Below are positions 53,591-64,000 of a stretch of DNA of 64,000 nucleotides, one piece after another (position 1 is the stretch's first letter; each line of letters starts with the position of its first letter). Location: assembly GCF_006345805.1 (NCBI RefSeq), contig NC_043000.1, positions 94,426,001-94,490,000 on the forward strand, in the 5' to 3' direction. The notes under the pieces are model-generated. The model was not told the DNA's origin. It did no database searches and saw only the letters and a program-made list of their open reading frames with translations. Position numbers and translations under genes: made by a program. The DNA is from Octopus sinensis. Taxonomy: Eukaryota.

Positions 53591-54157
53591 CATGTAGTTA
53601 TACAATTAAGGGCTCCTAAATAAAGATGCCGAGTGCTGGGAACACAAAAGGGGATGAATTAATCGAGAGTGAAAATCAAAAACGTTTACCGATAACTTTA
53701 ACAATCGTACCGCGGTTTCTGCTTCTTTCTAGCAAAACACAGAATATGTTTGCTAAGGCCAGCTTCATCAGTGAGTTGCCTGAATTTATCGAGGTCTGCA
53801 GCGATGTGGGCTATACGTTAAACCCGACTACTAGCAGATCTTAACTTTTCAAATCTCTGCGCAGACGCAAAATTTACGCGGGCATGCCGGGAAGAATTTT
53901 ACGAATAAATTCATCATGTAGTATGCGAATATAAACAAGAAGGGTAGTAATATTTCGCTGCAGACCTCGATTAAATTCAGGCAACCACTGATGAAGCTGG
54001 CCTTAGCAAACATATTCTGTGTTTTGCTAGAAAGAAGCAGAACCGCGGTACGAGTTGTTAAAGTTATCGGTAACGTTTTGATTTTCATCTCGATTAATTC
54101 ATCCCCTTTTGTGTTCCCAGCACTCGGCATCTTTATTAGGAGCCTTAATTGTATAAC

Positions 54158-54163
<6 letters not shown>
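53591..54163. mobile_element. MITE-like fold-back element with ~210-bp arms
   Basis: Arms 53591-53804 and 53955-54163, a 150-bp spacer and TA-rich flanks. Explains the mirrored MPSAGNTKG ORFs. Confidence 0.8.
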
Positions 54164-54224
<61 letters not shown>

Positions 54225-54532
54225 GTATATGTATATATATGTATATGTATAGATATATATAGATATATATATGTATATGTATATATATGTGTATATATAT
54301 GTATATATATATGTATATGTATATATATATTATATGTATATGTATATATATGTATATGTATATATATATATATGTATATATATATATGTATATATATATA
54401 TATGTATATGTATATGTATATATATATATGTATATATATATGTATATGTATATATATGCATATATATATATAGTGTGTGTGTGTATGTATAATATATATA
54501 TGTATCTATATATATATACATATATGTCTATA

Positions 54533-54587
<55 letters not shown>

Positions 54588-54600
54588 TATATATATATGC
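54164..54600. repeat. (TA)n/(TATG)n microsatellite
   Basis: Direct reading. Confidence 0.95.
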
Positions 54601-54619
54601 ACACGCAGACAGACAACAA

Positions 54620-54980
54620 ACAGCCATGCTGGGGCATCGCCCTGAAGAATTTCTGGCCTGGAAAATCGACCCCAGGCTTAATTTTTTAAGACTAGCACTT
54701 ATTCTATTTTTTAAGACTAGTACTTGTTCCATTTTAAGACTAGTACTTATTCTATCGGTTACGCAAACATAAACGCAGCAACACCGGTTATCCAGCGGTG
54801 TTTGGGGACAAACACAGACACGCAGAAACGCATACATAGATACATACGTATATATACGACGATCTTCTTTGGGCGGCCTGAGGTTATAAATGGACGACAC
54901 TTGCGCAAAGTGCCACGTAGTGGGACTGAACCCAGAACTATGTTGTTAGGAAGCAAGCTTCTTATCACACAGCCACGCTA
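54620..54980 (-). mobile_element. SINE family A (diverged)
   Basis: gccatgctggggcatcgcc...gtgccacgtagtgggactgaaccc. Confidence 0.8.
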
Positions 54981-55068
54981 CATAAACACTCTCACACACT
55001 CACACATGTATGCAGATGTATGTATATATAGATATATCCTAAACGAATTTTCCGATTCTCTTTTCCAG

Positions 55069-55208
55069 TCCGAAAGGTTGGACATTCGTAGACGTCTCTC
55101 TCGGAGGAACTAATTCAAGTGTTGCAAAAGCTACTTTTCAAATTAACACGACTAAGGTGCATTTACATAAAGCCTTTAAAACGCTGAATTCCAGTTTCTT
55201 GTTATATG
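55069..55208 (+). CDS. Serine protease homolog, exon following His57
   Basis: Acceptor ttctcttttccag and donor gtaagc, phase 2 to 1. Translates (F)PKGWTFVDVSLGGTNSSVAKATFQINTTKVHLHKAFKTLNSSFLLY, matching the V.V.LG and HP.F-like segments, and joins its neighbours in frame. Confidence 0.85.
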
Positions 55209-55377
55209 GTAAGCCAGTATCCACTTTGTTTCCTGTTTAGTACTTGTTTAATACTTCCTGTTTGGTACTTCCTGTTTAGTACTTGTCTTAAATTGTATAG
55301 AACAGCTCGGTTAGTTTTATTTCTTTAAGGTTAATTTCAAACAGCAAAAAAACAAAAACCCAGAAAAATTATCAGAT

Positions 55378-55590
55378 ACTCTTTTACTTGTTTCAGTCAT
55401 TTGACTGCGGCCATGCTGGAGCACCGCCTTTAGTCGAGCAAATCAATCCCAGGACTTATTCTTTGTAAGCCTAGTACTTATTGTATCGGTCACTTTTTGC
55501 TGAACCGATAGGTTACGGGGACGTAAACACAGAAGCATCGGTTGTCAAGCAATGCTGGAGGGACAAACACCGACACATAAACATACACAC

Positions 55591-55655
<65 letters not shown>

Positions 55656-55850
55656 TATATATATATATATATAGAGATAGATAGATAGATATATATACAT
55701 ATACATATATACGATGGGCTTCTTTAACTTTTCGTCTACCAAATCCTCCACTCACAAGGCGTTGGTCAGCCCGAGGCTATATAGAAAACACTTGCCCAAG
55801 GTGCCTCGCAGTGGGACTGAACCCCGAACCACACAGCCACTCCTGCACCT
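55378..55850 (-). mobile_element. SINE family A
   Basis: Family A consensus filling most of the 698-bp intron. Confidence 0.85.
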
Positions 55851-55906
55851 ATGATGATTATAAGAACTACATCGTGGCTGATTTTTAAAAAACTTTCTCT
55901 TTTCAG

Positions 55907-56038
55907 AAAATGACGCTGCCTTTTTAGTTCTTCCACGACCTATTAATGCTAGTAAGTGCATCCGACCAATTACCATGGCAAAACACAACGATACATTTTA
56001 CTCATCATGTTTTATGGTCGGCTGGGAAATTAATTCCA
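55907..56038 (+). CDS. Serine protease homolog, Asp102 exon
   Basis: Acceptor ctttctcttttcag and donor gtaagt, phase 1 to 1. Translates (E)NDAAFLVLPRPINASKCIRPITMAKHNDTFYSSCFMVGWEINS, equivalent to NDIALL.L..P...IRPI and C..GW. Confidence 0.9.
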
Positions 56039-56598
56039 GTAAGTATCTTATTGTAACTTTTACTATCATGGACTAATATTAACCGACACGTCTCTTTATT
56101 CATTCAGCTCCAATGGCTACGGATCCGGTCAGAGTTACTATACAGAAAGGCATTATTCCATCAGTTCCTGAATGTGGTGTCAGTGAAAGCTGTACTAGTT
56201 TCCCAAATGAGATTGACCAAGAGGTAATAGGAGCGAGAGCAGGAAGAAAAATCAATAGCGATTTCATTTATTTCGCATAAAACATTGGATAAAATATTTT
56301 GCTGTGTAGCATTTGGAAAAAGAATATTGGCGAATTTAACGAAGGGAAGCCTTTATGTGGTTTCTTAATCTGCTAGAAATATCAGCAATGCATACTTTGG
56401 ATAACGTAGTCCTGATAAGCTATGTCCGAGTGAAGGAAGGAGATGTCATGACTGGAACGACTTTGGTCTGTTCAGTGAAGGGTGACCCGGATCAAGATAA
56501 AACAACAATGGCAACAACAATAACGACAACAACATAATCAGCAACAATAGCAATTGCAGACATTCTTGAAGAATGTTTTCAAACGTGACTTCGAATTG

Positions 56599-56830
56599 AA
56601 GGCACATAGCTTAGTGGTCAGTGTTGTACTCACGATTAAGAAATCGTGGGTTCGATTCCCAGGCCGGACGTTGCGTTGTGTTCATGAGCAAAACACTTCA
56701 TTTCACGTTGCCCTGCGAGCATTTCTCCATCTGACATGTGGCACACAGTACACCTGTACAGGTAATTTAGATTTGATGGAGTGAGTGAGCTTATGTGTAC
56801 AAAGCATTTGATCGCTATAAATAAATCATC
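56599..56830 (+). mobile_element. tRNA-derived SINE (additional family)
   Basis: ggcacatagcttagtgg A box, gggttcgattccc B box, ttcatgagcaaaacactt core. Confidence 0.7.
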
Positions 56831-56949
56831 AGTATGGTTGTTGGATAACCGGGAAACTGAATTTCCCAGCTACGGAGTTTTGTTTCGAGGGTCGTTTCTT
56901 TTCCAGATTATTTCCAGGTTATACTTTCAATTAATGTGACACCGAAATC

Positions 56950-57965
56950 ACGCGTAAACGGCTCCCACCCCCCACCCCCGAAAAGGAAATTGCCCTTACT
57001 TCTCCAACACCACCATCCTCACAGGCACCCATCATCGTCCCTATCATATCACTGACTCCTTCACTTGCACTTCTAGCAACGTCATTTACTGCATCTCCTG
57101 CTCTTTCTTCCCTTCTCTGTACATCGGTCAAACGGCACGCCGCATAGCTGACCGATTCGCGGAGTACCTCCGAGACGTTAGACTTGGCAATGATACCCTG
57201 GTCTCGTGCCATTTCCACTCTACAGATCATTCATTACAACACCTTTCTGTGTTCGGATTGTCTTTGCACAGAGGCAATCCGGACTCCTACCTTCGCCTTG
57301 AACGGGAATTAATCTTCTCCGCTCCTTTGTGCCGCATAAGCTCAACTCCCACCTCTTCATCCGACATCTACTCCCTCTCTTCACTCCTACCCACCTTCTT
57401 TCATCGATATCCCCTCCATCCACATCCCACCTCCACACATCCCACTCCCACAAAAACCTTCCCTGCCCTCACATACTCACCCCAAACCCAAACCCCACCC
57501 TCACATCCCCACATCCCAACACCGCCACCCTACCACACACAACCTCACACCATAACACACCATCCTGCCCCGATTACTTCCCAGCACCCACACCATCATC
57601 CACATACCCACACACTACAAACGCGCACACACACGCACACATCCACATGTCAAAGTCACCCACCCCTATCCACACGCACTCTTACACACTCACATACACA
57701 CGCACGCACACCTTCGTTTTCGGATCACTAATACTTTATTATCTCCCCTTCTTTCAAGCTCTTCTATTTAACTACTTTTGTCCAGCCAGTCACCATGATT
57801 GATCGCTAACTCCAAAAGTTTTTTGTTCTCTCCGTTTATTTCTTCGTGTTCCTTTCTGTTGAAGAGCTTAGGCTCGAAACGTAAAAGATTTCCTCACCTC
57901 CCGAACATCACATTAAAACACCTGCTTGTTGTTTATACACCTGTCTTCGTCTTTTCTGTACATTT
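56950..57965 (+). mobile_element. Penelope-like element 3' fragment (GIY-YIG endonuclease and hammerhead-like tail)
   Basis: Open frame from ~56991: CPYF...SFTCTSSNVIYCISC...LYIGQTARRIADRFAEY...CHF...LERELIF. The tail has cttt CTGTTGA A GAGC ttag GCTC GAAACGT A aaag at ~57853-57886. Confidence 0.85.
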
Positions 57966-57987
57966 CAGTTATATATACACACACACA

Positions 57988-58070
<83 letters not shown>

Positions 58071-58319
58071 TCATATATATATGTACATATATATACACAT
58101 ATATACACACACACGTATATATATATATATATATGTATATATATAACATTGTGGTTGAACTAATCCACATTCTCTCTCTCCCTCCTCCTCTCTTGCTCTT
58201 TATCTTATGTAGCTAACATTTTAAGCGTATAGCATACTAATGTACATAGGTAAAGTAATATAGACTTGTGTTTATAATTATAAATTTGAGAGGATGATTT
58301 GATTTTCCATACATCACAC

Positions 58320-58840
58320 TGTGACGTATCTGGCATATCATCAGTGATTTCTAGGGTTGTTGTGAAGGGGATCTTTCAACAATCAGACGTCCTCGCCCAG
58401 GTGGCCCAACTAGAGTTGATCAAGCCGTAGCTTCTGTCTAGTTAGTACTAATCCGAGTAGTTCTAGCCTGCTGATCTGCAGCCATCTTGACGCAACCTCT
58501 GCTATCTCCATACCTAACTCAATAGCCTCCTGCTAATGACTTTGTTGGTTGTACTCTCTCTAGGACTGGCCTACAATTTCTTGGCAAATCATTTGAATGG
58601 GATCACACCTTGCTCTGGCATAACTCCAGCAGTTCAGCATATTTCATACTCTTCTTCTCATTTACTTCTCAACGCAGGCCTTCCAGAGTACAAATAATTC
58701 TGACAAAACCATCAGACCAGATGTTTCTGGGATTAGTTTTAACTATGATGACGGGCAGCCGTTTCGGGGAACTGCCTCTTCAGACAGTTTATCAGCTCCC
58801 AAACGTGTCCTGTCTCCTTGTACATCACCATTGCTTATTA
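58320..58840 (-). mobile_element. Decayed RLE-type LINE 3' end (NeSL/HERO-like)
   Basis: - strand remnant VEEVNEKKSMKYAELLELCQSK-like, then a 3' UTR gggccacctgggcgaggacgtctgattgttgaaaga. Confidence 0.5.
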
Positions 58841-58901
58841 CTTAAGTAGTTAAAACTTCTTCCTCGTTGTCCATTAGCATTCTGCTACTTCAATGTTCTA
58901 G

Positions 58902-59047
58902 GTAAAGGAAACAATACTGCAGTACTGAAATGGGAGAATGTTAACGTACTTCCAGAAGCATCTTGTGGAGTTATTGCAACAAAATTCAGAAACAGACGTA
59001 TCTGCGCAAGTGATCTACATTTACATGGTGGAAAGCAAACGTGTCAG
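58902..59047 (+). CDS. Serine protease homolog, C168/C182/C191 exon
   Basis: Acceptor ttcaatgttctag and donor gttggt, phase 1 to 0. Translates (S)KGNNTAVLKWENVNVLPEASCGVIATKFRNRRICASDLHLHGGKQTCQ. The intron after CQ is at the classic trypsin-gene position. Confidence 0.9.
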
Positions 59048-59862
59048 GTTGGTGTCAGTTTTTTTTTATCTTCCTCTCCCCTTCAGAGGTTAATTCACTC
59101 TTCCTAGAAAACGATTTTAAAATGTTACAGATGTTTAAAGGATCATAATTTTACCCAATCAGAAGATAAAATTTGGAAGTTGTTATTTTGTGCATGATTG
59201 CATGTGTTGTCAACTGTAAACAAATGAAATACTGGCGGAATTCTGCTTTACACACGACATATAACCCCTCATAATTTTTCTTTTACTTTCTGGAATTTTT
59301 AGAAAATCTTTGCGAATTTCTATTCTACACACATTCATACGATTATGCAAAAATAAGAAAATTAAAAATTGGCTTGTTACTATAGAAACAGGCACCTATA
59401 TGTCTGGTTTTCGATTGGCTAAAATTTCCACAAATTTACAAAAAACCTATTAACTCTTTATTTATTGATTTATGGCGAAAAGGAATTTTATGGCAATAAT
59501 TACCATACAAAACTACACCAATACACCAGATATGAAATCAATTAGCACAAAAATTGAAGTAATTGAAAAGTGGCAGCCAAGCAGTAAAGACCCCAAAAAG
59601 AGTCTGATACCTAAATACTAGACTTAAAAATAATTACTTGGATCGGTTAGATCGACTGAGTAACTCATAGTCACGTGACGGAAACAAATGAAAGACTCCG
59701 CCCCAAAATATAAGAATAACGGGTTTCAGATAACGATATAGACACTCTACATCAAAACTGTAACCGCAATCAAATACATCGTTGAAACCTTTTTAATCTT
59801 CACCCAACTGCTTTATTAATCCAATTCAGTAATTACACATGTTCTTCATTTCATATCAACAG

Positions 59863-60000
59863 GGTGGCGAAGGAGGATCTTTGGTGTGTTTTAAAAAAGA
59901 TAAGAGAGCAGTTTTGGCTGGATTTACCTCTTCTGAAGCTGTCTGTCAACATGGCATATCAGTATGTAACAGAGTGGCGTATTTTTTCACAGAGAATTAA
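59863..60000 (+). CDS. Serine protease homolog, terminal exon (Ser195 replaced by Glu)
   Basis: Acceptor ttcatttcatatcaacag, phase 0. Translates GGEGGSLVCFKKDKRAVLAGFTSSEAVCQHGISVCNRVAYFFTEN*. GGEGGSLVC aligns to GDSGGPLVC. Confidence 0.88.
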   Translation, partial: GGEGGSLVCFKKDKRAVLAGFTSSEAVCQHGISVCNRVAYFFTEN

Positions 60001-60036
60001 ACAGCGTTTTAATCGATCTATGTATAGTTCATTATG

Positions 60037-60042
60037 AATAAA
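60037..60042 (+). promoter_or_regulatory. Candidate polyadenylation signal of the protease-homolog gene
   Basis: AATAAA 37 nt downstream of the stop codon at 59998-60000. Confidence 0.45.
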
Positions 60043-60116
60043 TCGCTACCAAATTTCGTTATGCGTTTGTTTGTCTGTCTGACTCTGTTGTGCACGAAAT
60101 TCTCAAACGCCTTTTA

Positions 60117-60520
60117 AAGGCGGCGAGCTGGGAGAAACGTTAGCCCGCTGGGCGAAATGCTTAACAGTATTTCGTCTGCCGCTACGTTCTGAGTTCAAAT
60201 TCCGCCGAGGTCGACTTTGCCTTTGATCCTTTCGGGGTCGATTAAATAAGTACCAGTTACGCACTGGGATCGATATAATCGACTTAAATCGTTTGTCTGT
60301 CCTTGTTTGTCCTCTCTGTGTTTAGCCCCTTGTGTGTAGTAAAGAAATAGGTATTTCGTCTGCCGTTACGTTCTGAGTTCAAATTCCGCCGAGGTCGAAT
60401 TTGCCTTTCATACTTTCGGGGCCGATAAATTAAGTATCAATTGCGTACTGGGGTCGATCTAATCAACTGGCCCCCTCCCCAAAAATTTCGGGCCTTGTAC
60501 CTAAAGTAGAAAATATTTCT
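60117..60520 (+). mobile_element. SINE family B, dimeric form
   Basis: Same two-unit structure as 17003-17370. Confidence 0.85.
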
Positions 60521-61129
60521 CGCCCTTTCAATCATTTTGTTGCTTCTGCTAAATATTGATAAAATGCTGGTGTGTGTATGTGTGTGTGTGTATACATACG
60601 CACATACACGTACACACGTGCGCGCACACACGTACTCAAACTTATACAGATATACACGCACACACACACTTACACACATGCACACACATATACGCGTGCG
60701 CACTCACGCTTATAAACTTATATATTTACAGGCCTTATTCATGCCATATCCCAACACACTGACGCCGCTAGAGTCCTGTCCAACCACGCGATCAGAGAAA
60801 TTCTCTTTTCTGACGGAACTTGTGTCGCTTACGAAGCGACATTATCCAGCGTAACACCATGTGACCCTCCTTGAACAATAGCAGCCCATCTTCCGATAGC
60901 CTTCTTGGACCTCTTGGGCCTCTTCATTCATTCGACTATTCAAGAAGCCTGAAGGAGACGCGCTCCGTTAGAGGCCTATGAAATTGAAGTAGCACGGAAA
61001 CCGAACCAAGCTGCTTTAAATAATACATGTAACTCCCAGGTTTCCTTCTCTTGTTTATATACAGTATATACACATTCAAATCCCATATATATATATATAT
61101 ATATATATATACAAATATACATATGTAGT

Positions 61130-62036
61130 GACAGAGTGTTTGGGCTAAATGTGATGATTTTTATGTCTCCATTATTCAGCCGCAGCTTGATGTATCGGTA
61201 AACAGTCAAAGGCTTGGGAGAGTATAATGATTAAAGTTGTAGTTGCGAAAAAGTTAGCTGATATGGAGGAATGGAAAACATCGGAATATTGGAAAAGAGT
61301 TGCAAGCGTCATGATGATTCAAGTCGGGTATCTATGTGTTAACATTATGACTGCTATTCGATGCTCTGTGAGCACTGTAAAGACTGTTATACGTGACATG
61401 GACAGCTGCAACGGAGACTACGAAGCCGTTATGTGCAGGAAAGATTATATTTGGGTGTGTCTCCAGTGAGGTTGGAGTGTTGCCACTCCATATCTTTGAA
61501 CACATCTTAAGGTTTAGTTCAGACAGCTATGTGAAGCTGTTGTACGCTGTGGTCAAGCTCTGGTTGGAGAAGATTGCTGCTCGAAGCCCATATATGTAGA
61601 CGCAGGATTCAGCTCGTTGCCATGCCTCTGAAAAGAATCAGAATTGGCTGTCGGTGAGTTTTACTACTTCGCCAGGCTCAATTTCTTGCCTCCTAATTCC
61701 CCCAATGATAATCTCACGGATTACTGTGTGTGGAGCGCGGTTGAGAGACACACCAGCCTGTTTTCTTGCAAGACCAAGGCCAAGACGGTGACTAAGATCA
61801 AAGGTTTGTTCGAAGATCCTCCAAGAGATACAGTAAGAAAGGTAATGCGGCAGGTCCTGGAGCAGTCTTGATGCTGTGGTGGAAACTGAGGGCAGTTACT
61901 TTACGTCAACTGTATTTCCCAGCCATAATCTAATTGACATTTTTATATTTTTAAAGAAATTTTCTTTTATAGATGGGATATTCTGCTTTGTTCTTCCTTT
62001 CATGCAAACGGACAAATTTAGCCAGAACAACCTGTA
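61130..62036 (+). mobile_element. Degenerate Tc1/mariner-superfamily transposon
   Basis: Transposase remnants QDSARCH and LPPNSPNDNLTDYCVWSAVER (WPPNSPDLNPLDY motif). Imperfect TIRs cagagtgtttgggctaaatg and the reverse complement caggttgttctggctaaattt. Confidence 0.75.
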
Positions 62037-62085
62037 CATACATACATGCATACATACATATATACATACATACATACATAATACA

Positions 62086-62116
<31 letters not shown>

Positions 62117-62399
62117 GTATACAATTATGTGCTTTAACTAAAATGTCAGAGGATTTTAACTCTTATTTCTAAAAATGTAGGTTTTTCTAACACCCTAGTT
62201 ATATTTATTGACGATTATAGTTTTTCTTTTTTGTAAAACATTGCATACTGCTGTCTATATTAATTTTAAATGTGTGTGTGTGTGTGTGTGTGTGGAGATG
62301 TGTACGTATATGTATGTATGTATGTATGTATGATGTATGTATGTATGTATGTATGTATGTATGTATGTATGTATGTATGTATGTATGTATGTATGTATG

Positions 62400-62810
62400 C
62401 ATGTATGTTATTCTGTTTTATTTGAACATCTCTTGCTAATAGAGAAAGAGTCACCATCTAACCTAGTTTCAAGACCCCTTCATTCGAATTTCCACATCAA
62501 CAGGGTATTTGTGCATGTATGTATGTATGTATGTATGTATGTATGTATGTATGTATGTATGTATGTACATGTGCAGTATTTGGAGTCATTGCTTTGGAAA
62601 ATTTGTATATTTTCTTTTATGCATGTTTCTCATGCATATAGTTTCATGTCCCGAATTGCGCATATATACTTAAATGATAAGCTTCTGGAAATACTAAACT
62701 TGTGCTTCGGAAGTTTGTTACACGTCTCAGTGCCCCAATAATTACAGGTATAAACCTGAACTTGTAATCCTGGTAGAGTAAATTATAAATTAAGCTGTGT
62801 GTGTGTGTGA
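62400..62810 (-). mobile_element. RLE-type LINE 3' fragment, (CATA)n-associated family
   Basis: YQDYKFRFIPVIIGAL remnant. The 3' UTR segment 62405-62512 is homologous to 20985-21085 and sits in (TATG)n. Confidence 0.7.
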
Positions 62811-63067
62811 GTATTATGTATATGTACATATTCTCTATTAATAATATCTACTAATCTGTTGTAAATAAAGAATTAAGCGTCGTAAGAAATAGCCGCGAAC
62901 TGAAGACGAACCGGTTTTAAGCAACGTCCAAACCATTCAACATCTTGCATAACTCTTTGTACGCTCAACTCTTTGTACGCTCCGATTCTATTCTATTTTC
63001 CATATAATTTTTAGGCTTTCTTAAAATTGTATGCTTTAATATTCTTTGTATCTTGTTTCAATAACTA

Positions 63068-63309
63068 TTTACTCTTTTACTTGTTTCAGTCATTTGACTG
63101 TGGCCATGCTGGAGCACCACCTTTAGTCGAAGAAATCGACCCCATAACTTAATCTTTGTAAGCCTAGTGCTTATTCTATCGGTTTCTTTCACCGAACCCC
63201 TAAGTTACGGGGACGTAAACACACCAGCATCGGTTGTCAAGCGATGTTGGGGGACACAGAAACACAAACATACACACACACACATACATATGTACAGACA
63301 CACACACAC

Positions 63310-63348
<39 letters not shown>

Positions 63349-63490
63349 CGACGGGCTTCTTTCAGTTTCCGTCTACCAAATCCATCCGAGGCTTTAGTAG
63401 AAGACATTTGACTACGGTGCTACGCAGTGGGAATGAAACCGGAACCATGTGGTTGGTAAGAAAGCTACTTACCACACAGCCACTCCTACA
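63068..63490 (-). mobile_element. SINE family A
   Basis: Family A consensus. Confidence 0.85.
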
Positions 63491-64000
63491 CCTATTTTAT
63501 TTTTTTTTATCATATCCTTCAATGAATGAATTTTTTGTCAAGCAAAACCAAATTTTCACCCTCGCACAGATATCGATGACACAGTCTGGCTCTGCGCAGA
63601 ACTGATCTGCAACATTAGAGTTGACAGCGCCAGCTGGCAACAAATTTGTATTTCATGTCGTCCTAGTTACCTTGGACAACTGTATTCTGGGGGACAGCAA
63701 GGTTTTCAGCTACTCAATCGGCTACATCTGACTACAGTTGCTGGGTCCGGTGCCCCATTAAAATAACCCTCTTCAGATATGAAGGATGCAAATCTTGGAC
63801 GCGACGTGCTACGACACGTTCTCCGACTCCAGCCTTCTCACATCAGCTGCTAACCCAGGTATCGACGCCCCTAATTCAAAAGAGAAATTAAAACAAATAT
63901 AGAGGTCCGACCGGCTGCTTTCATTTTGTGCCAGTCACCGTCGAGACCTCAGATGTCTCCAGACTCCGCACTGTTGAGATCTCCGGAAACCCGAGCTAAG

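Noticed and set aside
53626-54130. Two mirror ORFs starting [14 protein letters not shown]
   Set aside because: They are the two arms of one inverted repeat, with no recognisable domain.
56355-56537. ORF containing KEGDVMTGTTLVC as a possible GDSGGPLVC exon
   Set aside because: No suitable phase-0 acceptor. A much better exon (GGEGGSLVC) exists at 59863 in the correct order.
63560-64000. GC-richer, coding-looking stretch at the window end
   Set aside because: No sustained ORF or motif recognised in the frames I could check. Possibly a LINE fragment, left unassigned.

Overview
This is AT-rich eukaryotic DNA, dense in microsatellites and transposable elements. The SINE/LINE repertoire looks like an Octopus-type cephalopod genome (inference). 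Almost all ORFs in the supplied track are microsatellite or TE artefacts. I can support one host gene, reconstructed by hand from five + strand exons (47947-48103, 55069-55208, 55907-56038, 58902-59047, 59863-60000; all GT-AG and phase-compatible). It encodes a ~240-aa trypsin-fold (S1) protein that keeps His57 and Asp102 but has GDSGGP changed to GGEGGS, lacks the IVGG N-terminus and carries nine N-glycosylation sequons, so it is a probable secreted pseudo-protease. The rest is a TE landscape: several tRNA-derived SINE families; RLE-type LINE fragments sitting in (TAA)n and (CATA)n microsatellites; Tx1-, CR1- and RTE-like LINE ends; Penelope-like fragments; three non-autonomous Helitrons; mariner/Tc1 remnants; a Chapaev3-like transposon; and many long inverted repeats, four of them in one intron of the gene. 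A ~200-bp TA-flanked repeat family and the Penelope tails carry minimal type I hammerhead-ribozyme-like motifs. All assignments come from reading the sequence and recalled family motifs, with no database search. Exon, Helitron, TSD and hairpin coordinates were counted; other TE boundaries are approximate.
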